Of a stretch of DNA of 64,000 nt, positions 56,234 through 64,000 are shown piece by piece. Below the pieces are notes generated by a model, which saw only the letters and a program-made list of their open reading frames with translations, was not told where the DNA came from and made no database searches. This DNA is from Oscillospiraceae bacterium (GTDB lineage Bacteria; Bacillota; Clostridia; Oscillospirales; Oscillospiraceae), in assembly GCA_017522015.1 (NCBI GenBank), contig JAFXAW010000027.1, positions 36,062 to 100,061 on the forward strand. The letters run 5' to 3'. Every line of letters starts with the position of its first letter. Within the stretch, counting starts at the first letter, position 1. Position numbers and translations under genes: made by a program.

Positions 56234-56988
56234 GCGCCTACGGGCCCCTCGCCTCCCGCTATGACGCGCTGACGACTGATGTGCCCTATGAAAAGCTCGC
56301 GGATTACTATATCCGCCTTTTCGCCGAACGAAGCAGGACAGTCAGAAGTATCCTTGACCTTGCCTGCGGAACCGGCACGCTCGCAGCAGAGCTGTCCTGC
56401 CGCGGCTATGAGCTCATTGCGGTTGACCGCTCGGAGGAAATGCTTGCCGAGGCCATGCAGAAGTTTTATGCGCTGCCCGAGGGCTGCATTCCGCCGATGG
56501 CGTTGTGTCAGTCGCTTGCAGAGCTTGATCTCTATGGCACAAGTGACGCTGCTGTGTCCAGTCTGGACAGCCTGAATTACCTATCGGAAGAAGAACTGCG
56601 CGCCTTTCTCTCCCGCGTGCGCTATTTTCTGGAGCCGGGAGGCCTTCTGATCTTTGACGTGAACCCGCCGGAGTACTTCCGCGCGCTTGACGGGCAGGTT
56701 TTTGTGGATGAGAAGGAAGATCTGCTCTGCCTCTGGCGCGCCGAGCTCTCTGCCGAGGGCCTTGAATTGCGCTATGATATGGACGTCTTTCGTCAGCGCG
56801 GCAAGCTTTGGCAACGGGACTCGGAGACGCATGTGGAATACATTCACGAGCCGGAACTGCTGATGAATCTGCTCGCGGAGTCAGGGTTCCGGAATGTTGA
56901 AATCCGGCACGACGGGCCGCTCTCGGAAAAGGGCCGCCTGTTCTTTGTCGCGGAAAACGGCTGGTACGGCGATAGCGCTGTGCAATAA
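56230..56988 (+). CDS. class I SAM-dependent methyltransferase
   Basis: ATGA overlap with the upstream gene. SAM motif I ILDLACGTG. Confidence 0.82.
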   Translation: MSAYGPLASRYDALTTDVPYEKLADYYIRLFAERSRTVRSILDLACGTGTLAAELSCRGYELIAVDRSEEMLAEAMQKFYALPEGCIPPMALCQSLAELDLYGTSDAAVSSLDSLNYLSEEELRAFLSRVRYFLEPGGLLIFDVNPPEYFRALDGQVFVDEKEDLLCLWRAELSAEGLELRYDMDVFRQRGKLWQRDSETHVEYIHEPELLMNLLAESGFRNVEIRHDGPLSEKGRLFFVAENGWYGDSAVQ

Positions 56989-57208
56989 GCCTTCAGAATT
57001 CTGTACATTTCCATAGCCCGGACACTGCTATCCGACCTCGCCATGCGGGGTCGGTTTCTGCCAAATGCGGGACTGCATTTCACCCATACAAAACACAAAG
57101 CGCAGATGCAACGAAAATTCGCACCCCAAAATGGTGCCTGAGCACTTTGACCTACAGCGACCTGCGTCGCATCTCTTTATGACGCCCGCTTACGAAAGGA
57201 AAACCCTT

Positions 57209-60040
57209 ATGCGCAACAGCATTTTCATCAAAGGCGCAAGAACCAACAATCTGAAAAATATTGACCTGGAAATCCCGCGCGAGAAGCTTGTCGTGCTGAC
57301 AGGCATCTCCGGCTCCGGAAAATCCTCTCTCGCCTTCGACACCATCTATGCCGAAGGACAGCGTCGTTATGTGGAGAGCCTTTCCAGCTACGCACGAATG
57401 TTTCTCGGACAGATGGAGAAACCCGATCTGGACTATATCGACGGCCTCTCCCCTGCCATCTCCATCGACCAGAAGACGACGGGACGCAATCCGCGTTCGA
57501 CCGTCGGCACGGTGACGGAGATTTATGACTATCTGCGTCTGCTTTGGGCGCGCATCGGCGTGCCGCACTGCCCGGTCTGCGGCAAGGAGATCCGGCAGCA
57601 AACCATTGATCAGATCGTCGATCAAATCCTGCTTTTGCCGGAGGGCACGCGCATCCAGATTCTTTCGCCCGTCATCCGTGCGCGCAAGGGCGAGCACCGC
57701 AAGGTGTTCGAGGACGCGCGCAAGGCCGGCTATGTCCGCGTACGCGTGGACGGCAGCCTATATGAGCTTACAGAGGACATTGCGCTCGACAAGAACAAGA
57801 AGCACAGCATCGAGATCGTAGTGGACAGGCTTGTTGTCCGCGCGGACATCCAGCGCCGGCTTACAGATTCGGTGGAAACCGCCTCCTCCCTATCGGGCGG
57901 CGTTGTGCTTGTGAACATCGCGCAGGACACGCCGCGTGACCTGCTCTTTTCCCAGAACTATTCCTGCGAGGACTGCGGCATTTCGATTGAAGAACTCGCC
58001 CCGCGCCTGTTCTCTTTCAACAGTCCTTACGGCGCCTGCCCGGACTGCACGGGTCTCGGAACGCAGCTTCGTGTCGACCCGGCGCTCATCATCCCGAATA
58101 CTGCGCTCTCCATCCTGGACGGCGCAATCACTGCCTCCGGCTGGGGCAACATCAAAAGTGACGGCATCGCGCGGATGTATTTTGAAGCCCTCGCGCTGAA
58201 ATATCATTTCTCGCTTTCCGAGCCTGTGAAGAATCTTCCGACAGCGGCGCTTGATGCCATACTTTATGGCACAAAGGGCGAAAAGCTCACGCTGCATTAC
58301 GAGCAGGCGCGCGGCACGGGAACGCTCAGTCAGCCCTTTGAGGGCATCGTGAATAACCTCGAGCGCCGCTATCGCGAAACGCAGAGCCCTGCCATGCGGC
58401 AGGAGATCGAACAGTGCATGGCCGAGCACCTTTGCCCCACATGTCACGGTGACAGGCTGAAAAAAGAGGCCCTCTCCGTCACGGTTGGCGGACTCAATCT
58501 TGCGCAATTCACGGCCATGAATGTCACACAGGCGCTCGATTTTGTCAACGGGCTGACCCTTACGGGTAAAGAAGCGATGATTGCCGATCGCATACTGAAG
58601 GAAATCCGCGTCCGTCTTGGATTTCTGCGCAGCGTAGGCCTGCAATATCTGAGCCTCTCGCGCAAGGCTGGCACCTTGTCGGGCGGCGAAAGCCAGCGCA
58701 TCCGCCTCGCTACACAGATTGGCAGCAGCCTGATGGGCGTACTCTATATTCTTGACGAACCAAGCATTGGTCTGCACCAGCGGGACAACCGTAAGCTGCT
58801 CGACACGCTGCGCGAACTGCGCGACCTCGGCAACACGCTGATCGTCGTCGAGCACGACGAGGAGACCATCCGCGAAGCGGATTATGTGGTTGACGTCGGC
58901 CCCGGTGCAGGCGTGCACGGCGGAGAGATCGTCGCCGCCGGCTCGGTGGAGGAGATCTGCGCCTGTCCGGATTCTGTCACCGGACAATATCTCAGCGGCG
59001 CTAAGAGCATACCCATGCCTGAAAAGCGTCGAACCGGCAGCGGAAAGAAGCTTTCCATCCGCGGCGCAAAAGAAAACAATCTCAAAAACATTGATGTGGA
59101 TATCCCGCTCGGCGTCTTCACTTGCGTGACGGGCGTATCCGGCAGCGGAAAGTCCAGCCTCGTCAACGAGATTCTGTATAAAACCCTCGCGGCGGAGAAA
59201 AACCGCGTCAAGGTGCGTCCCGGCAAATGTGACGGCATACTTGGGCTGGAGCACATTGACAAGGTCATCGCCATCGACCAGAGCCCCATCGGACGCACGC
59301 CGCGCTCCAATCCTGCCACCTATACGGGCGTTTTCAGTGACATCCGCGAGCTTTTTGCCTCCACGAACGATGCAAAGCTGCGCGGTTACGGCGTGAATCG
59401 CTTTTCCTTCAACGTGCGCGGCGGCCGCTGCGAGGCCTGCGCCGGTGACGGTCTGCTGAAGATTGAGATGCATTTTCTGCCGGACGTTTTCGTTCCTTGC
59501 GAGGTCTGCAAGGGTAAACGATACAACCGCGAAACATTGGAAGTGAAATATAAAGGCAAGAGCATCGCCGACGTGCTGGAAATGACTGTGGAAGAGGCGC
59601 TGGCTTTCTTTGACAATCAGCCGAAAATCAAAAACCGCATTCAAACGCTCTTTGACGTCGGCCTTGGCTATATCCGGCTCGGCCAGTCCTCCACAACGCT
59701 CTCCGGCGGTGAGGCGCAGCGCATCAAGCTTGCCACAGAACTGAGCAAACGCTCCACCGGCAACACCGTCTATGTTCTCGACGAGCCGACCACGGGACTG
59801 CACATTGCAGATGTGCATCGTTTGGTCAACATTCTCTCCCGTCTTGTGGAGGGCGGCAACACAGTCGTTGTGATCGAGCACAACCTGGATGTCATCAAGT
59901 GCGCCGACCACATCATCGACCTCGGACCCGAGGGCGGTGACGGCGGCGGAACCGTTGTGTTTACGGGCAAGCCGGAGGAATGTGCGGAATGCGCACAGAG
60001 CGCAACCGGCGAATATCTCAAGCGCTACTTCTTCAGCTGA
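57209..60040 (+). CDS. uvrA: excinuclease ABC subunit A
   Basis: ORF 57065-60040. The real start is ATG 57209 ([24 protein letters not shown]). Two ABC modules and the Zn-finger Cys pairs are present. Confidence 0.97.
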   Translation: MRNSIFIKGARTNNLKNIDLEIPREKLVVLTGISGSGKSSLAFDTIYAEGQRRYVESLSSYARMFLGQMEKPDLDYIDGLSPAISIDQKTTGRNPRSTVGTVTEIYDYLRLLWARIGVPHCPVCGKEIRQQTIDQIVDQILLLPEGTRIQILSPVIRARKGEHRKVFEDARKAGYVRVRVDGSLYELTEDIALDKNKKHSIEIVVDRLVVRADIQRRLTDSVETASSLSGGVVLVNIAQDTPRDLLFSQNYSCEDCGISIEELAPRLFSFNSPYGACPDCTGLGTQLRVDPALIIPNTALSILDGAITASGWGNIKSDGIARMYFEALALKYHFSLSEPVKNLPTAALDAILYGTKGEKLTLHYEQARGTGTLSQPFEGIVNNLERRYRETQSPAMRQEIEQCMAEHLCPTCHGDRLKKEALSVTVGGLNLAQFTAMNVTQALDFVNGLTLTGKEAMIADRILKEIRVRLGFLRSVGLQYLSLSRKAGTLSGGESQRIRLATQIGSSLMGVLYILDEPSIGLHQRDNRKLLDTLRELRDLGNTLIVVEHDEETIREADYVVDVGPGAGVHGGEIVAAGSVEEICACPDSVTGQYLSGAKSIPMPEKRRTGSGKKLSIRGAKENNLKNIDVDIPLGVFTCVTGVSGSGKSSLVNEILYKTLAAEKNRVKVRPGKCDGILGLEHIDKVIAIDQSPIGRTPRSNPATYTGVFSDIRELFASTNDAKLRGYGVNRFSFNVRGGRCEACAGDGLLKIEMHFLPDVFVPCEVCKGKRYNRETLEVKYKGKSIADVLEMTVEEALAFFDNQPKIKNRIQTLFDVGLGYIRLGQSSTTLSGGEAQRIKLATELSKRSTGNTVYVLDEPTTGLHIADVHRLVNILSRLVEGGNTVVVIEHNLDVIKCADHIIDLGPEGGDGGGTVVFTGKPEECAECAQSATGEYLKRYFFS

Positions 60041-60163
60041 GCAGCCGAGTGTATTTCCCCGGCATCATGCCTGTAAAAACTGCGGTTTGGCTGAAAACCG
60101 AACCACAATTCCTTCACAGAAAGCATCCAAAACGCTATTTTTAATTACGAGCGAGGATACATT

Positions 60164-60637
60164 ATGGATGTCGCGAACTCACCTTTCATGAATTATCTGA
60201 TGACCTTTGCCATGTCCATGCTGCCGATTGTAGAGCTGCGCGGCGGCATCCCCTTCGGCGTGGCACTCGGACTGCAGCCCTGGCAAGCCATGCTCGTGTC
60301 CATCCTCGGCAACCTGGTTCCCGTGCCCTTCATCATCCTGTTCGTACGCAAGGTCTTTGAATGGATGCGCAACAAGAGCGCACGGCTGGAGCGTCTTGTT
60401 TCCCGCCTCGAGGCGCGAGCGGAGGGCAAGTGGGAAAAGGTGCAGCGCTATGAGACTATTGGGCTGCTGATTCTTGTTGCCATTCCCCTGCCCGGCACGG
60501 GCGCATGGACGGGTGCGCTGATCGCGGCGCTGTGTAACATGCGCCTCAAGCGCGCGTTCTGGCCGATTCTGATTGGCGTCGTCATTGCAGGCATTCTCAT
60601 CACCGGTCTGACTTACGGTTTTACCGCCGTGATTTAA
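60164..60637 (+). CDS. small multidrug export-like membrane protein (COG2426 family)
   Basis: 157 aa with 4 hydrophobic segments. LPIVELRGGIPFG motif. Confidence 0.72.
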   Translation: MDVANSPFMNYLMTFAMSMLPIVELRGGIPFGVALGLQPWQAMLVSILGNLVPVPFIILFVRKVFEWMRNKSARLERLVSRLEARAEGKWEKVQRYETIGLLILVAIPLPGTGAWTGALIAALCNMRLKRAFWPILIGVVIAGILITGLTYGFTAVI

Positions 60638-60684
60638 CCTTTTGCCGCCCACCTGCGTAGAATAAGGTCGGGAGGCGATAGAAT

Positions 60685-61020
60685 ATGACATTGCATCTTG
60701 TGCTCACGATTCTGGCCGCCGCAATTGTCATCCTGCTTTGCTGGATGCTGCGCGGCGCAGCGCTGCTGCCTGTACGGCTCGGAAAAAAGCAGCGCCTTAC
60801 GCTGCTTCTGCACACGGCAGCTGACACTTCCGCGCTGGAATCGGCCGTTCGCGGTCTTGTCTGGCTCATCCGGGACGGTTTGCCTGCGGAGCTCATCATT
60901 GAGGACGCCGGGCTGGATCCCGACGCGCGCCGGGCTGCCCTGCTGCTGGAAAAGCAATACCCCTTCGTCACCTATCACACCGCTTCGGAGGAACCTGTAT
61001 GGGAGAACGGGAATACATAA
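60685..61020 (+). CDS. hypothetical small membrane-anchored protein
   Basis: 111 aa with an N-terminal TM helix (LVLTILAAAIVILLCWML). It overlaps the recD2 start by 22 nt. No family recognised. Confidence 0.5.
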   Translation: MTLHLVLTILAAAIVILLCWMLRGAALLPVRLGKKQRLTLLLHTAADTSALESAVRGLVWLIRDGLPAELIIEDAGLDPDARRAALLLEKQYPFVTYHTASEEPVWENGNT

Positions 61021-63353
61021 GTCTGTCCGGAACCGTGGACACGCTCGTGTATCAAAATGAGGATAATGGCTACACAGTTCTTCGTATGGAGTCGGAGGAC
61101 GGTGAACTTGTCACGGTCGTGGGCTGCATCCCCTCCGTGATGCCGGGTGAAGAACTGGAGGCCTTCGGCGACTGGGAAACCCACCCGCAGCACGGGCGTC
61201 AGTTTCGTGCCCGCTGGAGTCAGCGAAGCCTTCCGGACACAGAGGAGGGCATTTATCGCTTTCTTGCCTCCGGCGCGATTAAGGGCATCGGCCCGGCAAC
61301 GGCGACTCTGCTGCTGACACGTTTCGGCGCTGCGACGCTGGATGTGATTGAGTCTGCGCCGGAACGGCTTGCCGAGCTGCGCGGCTTCAGCCGCAAAAAG
61401 GCCATGCAGGTTTCGGAAGATTTCCGCAAGCAGGTCTCGCTGCGGCGTCTGATGGAATTTCTCTCTGCACATGAGCTGCGTCCGCAGCTTGCCCTGCGCC
61501 TGTATCAGCTCTATGGCGGCAGCGCCTATTCACTCGTGCAGGAGAATCCCTATATCCTTTCGACGGAAGCCGTTGGCGAAGGCTTTGACGAGGCCGACAG
61601 GCTTGCCCTCTCGATGGGCTTTAGCCCGGATTCACCCCAGCGCCTTGCAGCGGCAGTGCTGCACGAGCTGGCCTACAATTCCACGCGCGGGCATGTTTTC
61701 ATCCCGCGCGATAAGCTCATTGCCGTCACCGCGCAGCTTCTCGGCGCTGACGAGGCACCCATTGCCGCGCAGCTGGACAAGCTTATCGAACGCGCTGCCG
61801 TTGTGTCCGAGCAGATCGCGGGCGTTGAAGCCTGCTACCTCCAAACGATGTATGAGGCAGAGAGCTACACCGCCGCGCGTCTTTTGGAGATGAACGAAGG
61901 CATCATGCCCGAGGAGAAGGGACTTGACCGTCTGATCGAACAGATCGAGGCAGAGGATGCGCTGATTTTTGCCCCGCAGCAGCTGGACGCCATCTACGCC
62001 GCTGCTCGCCATAAGATCATGCTCATCACCGGCGGCCCCGGCACGGGAAAAACCACCTGCGTGCGCGCCATCGTGCGCCTTCTGCACGCCTTGAACCTGA
62101 AAGTTGCGCTCGCCGCTCCCACAGGGCGGGCCGCAAAGCGTTTGGAAACCCTGTCCGGGCAGGAGGCAAAGACGATTCACCGTCTTCTTGAAGCCACCGG
62201 TTTGGACGAATCGGATACCGTCCGTTTTCGCCGCTGCGAGAGCAATCCCCTCTCCTGTGACGCGGTGATTCTGGATGAGGCCTCCATGATCGACATCGGA
62301 CTGATGCGCGCGCTGCTGCTGGCACTGCCGCCGCGCTGTCGGCTGATCCTGGTTGGTGATGCTGACCAACTGCCGAGCGTCGGCCCCGGCCGCGTCTTCT
62401 CCGACATGATTCGCGCCGGCGTCTTCAAAACCATTCGCCTGAACGAGATTTTCCGTCAGGCCTCCGGCAGCAGCATCGTGCAGGCCGCGCATGAGATCAA
62501 TCACGGCGAGGTGCCCTCTCTCACGCGTAAGGACGGCGACTTTTTCTTCCTGCGCCGGCAGGAAGCGGAAAGAGCCGCGGAAACCATTGTCGAACTCTAT
62601 TCCCGGCGTCTGCCGGACAATATGCACATCCCCGTGCGGGAGCTGCAGCTGCTCACGCCGACGCATAAGGGGCCGCTGGGAACCCGGATGCTCAACGTCC
62701 GCCTGCAAGCCGCCCTCAACCCTCCGGCGGAGGGCAAAAAGGAACACGCTTTTGGCGAGCGGATCTTCCGCGAAGGCGACCGTGTAATGCAAAACCGGAA
62801 CAATTATGACCTGATCTGGTATCGCGCTGATGCCGTCAGCACCACTCCGGACAATGTCAAAATGGATTCTTCTGCATGGGATTCACCGGACAAGGCAGAG
62901 CCGGAGCTGGATTCTTTGGGATGGGCCGAAGAAGACGAACCTATGTGGGACGAACCCGGCGAATTCCTTACGCTCGACACGCACGAGAGCGGCCTCGGCA
63001 TCTTCAATGGCGACATCGGGCACATTCTGAAGATTGACGAGAGTGAGCGCGCGCTGCTCATTGACTTTGAGGGAAAGCTCACCAAATACAGCTACGAACT
63101 CCTTGCCGATCTGGAGCACGCATGGGCAATCTCTGTACACAAGTCGCAGGGCGGCGAATTCCGGGGCGTGATTCTCTCTGCTATGCCGGCGCCGCCGCGT
63201 CTGATGACCAGAGCCGTTCTCTACACGGCTGTAACGCGGGCGAAGGAGCTGTTGGTCGCCGTCGGGGATGAGAATGTTCTGCACCGGATGGTCACCAACG
63301 AGCGCATTGAGCGGCGCTATAGCGGGCTTCGCGCGCGTCTCGCCCATATTTGA
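60999..63353 (+). CDS. recD2: ATP-dependent RecD-like DNA helicase (RecD2/YrrC)
   Basis: GGAGGA SD. N-terminus VYQNEDNGYTVLRM. Walker A GGPGTGKTT. DEASMID, and SVHKSQGGEF at the C-terminus. Confidence 0.92.
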   Translation: MGEREYISLSGTVDTLVYQNEDNGYTVLRMESEDGELVTVVGCIPSVMPGEELEAFGDWETHPQHGRQFRARWSQRSLPDTEEGIYRFLASGAIKGIGPATATLLLTRFGAATLDVIESAPERLAELRGFSRKKAMQVSEDFRKQVSLRRLMEFLSAHELRPQLALRLYQLYGGSAYSLVQENPYILSTEAVGEGFDEADRLALSMGFSPDSPQRLAAAVLHELAYNSTRGHVFIPRDKLIAVTAQLLGADEAPIAAQLDKLIERAAVVSEQIAGVEACYLQTMYEAESYTAARLLEMNEGIMPEEKGLDRLIEQIEAEDALIFAPQQLDAIYAAARHKIMLITGGPGTGKTTCVRAIVRLLHALNLKVALAAPTGRAAKRLETLSGQEAKTIHRLLEATGLDESDTVRFRRCESNPLSCDAVILDEASMIDIGLMRALLLALPPRCRLILVGDADQLPSVGPGRVFSDMIRAGVFKTIRLNEIFRQASGSSIVQAAHEINHGEVPSLTRKDGDFFFLRRQEAERAAETIVELYSRRLPDNMHIPVRELQLLTPTHKGPLGTRMLNVRLQAALNPPAEGKKEHAFGERIFREGDRVMQNRNNYDLIWYRADAVSTTPDNVKMDSSAWDSPDKAEPELDSLGWAEEDEPMWDEPGEFLTLDTHESGLGIFNGDIGHILKIDESERALLIDFEGKLTKYSYELLADLEHAWAISVHKSQGGEFRGVILSAMPAPPRLMTRAVLYTAVTRAKELLVAVGDENVLHRMVTNERIERRYSGLRARLAHI

Positions 63354-63369
63354 TCGCGGGGAGGTCTCT

Positions 63370-64000
63370 ATGCGTCTTCCGCCTTACCTACGGAATCTTC
63401 TTTTTCCGCCGAAGTGCTGCTTTTGCAGAAAGCTTCTTCAGGATGGACAAAGCAGCCCCTGCAGCGATTGTGAAAGGACACTGCCCTTTACGCGCGGCAA
63501 CGCCGAGATTCACGGGCGTTTCTTTCAAAAATGCGTCGCGCCGCTCTATTACGAAGGCGCTGTGCGCGATGCTATCCTCCGCTATAAGTTTGGCGGCGCT
63601 GTGTATTATGCCGAAGCCTTCGGCCGTATCCTCGCAGACGCGGTTCGTGAGCGACTGATCGGTGAATTTGACCTCATCACCTGGGTTCCTCTGTCGAAGA
63701 AACGGCGCAGAAAGCGTGGCTATGACCAGGCCATGCTGCTGGCCAGAGCCGCAGCCGAACAGCTTGAGGCTGTCTGCGTTCCGCTGCTTGTCAAACACAG
63801 GAATGTTCCTGCGCAATCCGGACTCGGTCGCGTCGAGCAGCGCCGGGCAAACATCTCCGGCGTCTATCGTGCCACCCGTCCGGATCTGATCGCTGGGAAA
63901 CGCATATTGCTCATCGACGATGTCGTGACAACCGGTTCCACGCTCTCGGAATGTGCGCGCATGCTGCAGCTTGCCGGCGCTGCGTCTGTTGTCTGCGCCG
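63370..64000 (+). CDS. comFC: ComF family protein (ComFC, phosphoribosyltransferase-like), 3' end beyond the window
   Basis: ATG 63370 follows GGGGAGG. My own translation is MRLPPYLRNLLFPPKCCFCRKLL...CSDCERTL..., with the PRTase motif ILLIDDVVTTGSTL. It is not in the ORF track because there is no stop codon inside the window. Confidence 0.85.
   Translation, partial: MRLPPYLRNLLFPPKCCFCRKLLQDGQSSPCSDCERTLPFTRGNAEIHGRFFQKCVAPLYYEGAVRDAILRYKFGGAVYYAEAFGRILADAVRERLIGEFDLITWVPLSKKRRRKRGYDQAMLLARAAAEQLEAVCVPLLVKHRNVPAQSGLGRVEQRRANISGVYRATRPDLIAGKRILLIDDVVTTGSTLSECARMLQLAGAASVVCA

Noticed and set aside
57112-57121. A possible SOS (LexA) box upstream of uvrA: CGAAAATTCG.
   Set aside because: It does not fit the Firmicute Cheo box (CGAAC-N4-GTTCG), because the arms and spacing differ. 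I saw no better candidate in 56989-57208.

Overview
This is a dense, mostly housekeeping chromosomal segment. It looks like a moderately GC-rich, spore-forming Firmicute of the Clostridia type, an inference from yunB, spoIIID, holB-ricT/yaaT, a DnaD/DnaI-type loader pair and Gram-positive lipoboxes. I can support about 60 protein genes, rnpB (RNase P RNA), tRNA-Asp(GUC), tRNA-Thr(GGU) and one cobalamin riboswitch. The riboswitch heads an 8-gene B12 uptake plus nucleotide-loop salvage operon (btuF-btuC-btuD-cobT-cobU-cobS-short cobU paralogue-cobC). I also call several intrinsic terminators and sigma-70-like promoters. Other content: ligA (5' end only)-yunB-YnbB-like-two M42 peptidases-murD; yebC; trmB-xth; dusB; an ECF sigma/anti-sigma pair; a Zn-type SBP plus class I fumarate hydratase plus Xer-like recombinase; a U32 peptidase; homocysteine S-methyltransferase plus MFS; spoIIID; phosphoketolase; a URO-D-like methyltransferase; putP plus a LysR regulator; yegP; trmO; a nitroreductase; typA; a hemZ-like radical SAM gene; uvrA; recD2; and comFC (truncated at the window end). 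I see no CRISPR array, transposase/IS, phage structural genes or recognisable defence system. Almost every gene is shadowed by a long antisense ORF, as expected for GC-rich coding DNA. I did not find a convincing new multi-gene system, and the window reads as largely ordinary core genome. The most unusual items are four. (1) A 44-bp exact duplication of the yebC 3' end, plus half its terminator, brackets a 1.25-kb AT-richer two-gene cassette. (2) A tRNA-proximal exported multidomain protein (beta-lactamase-like + TM hairpin + Big_2 + SGNH) carries 18 perfect GNGDDS repeats and is translationally coupled to a DUF4358 lipoprotein. (3) A truncated CobU paralogue sits inside the B12 operon, and an orphan URO-D-like methyltransferase sits beside it. 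(4) RicT carries a roughly 200-aa basic repeat tail. All family assignments come from motif recognition by eye, not from database searches.
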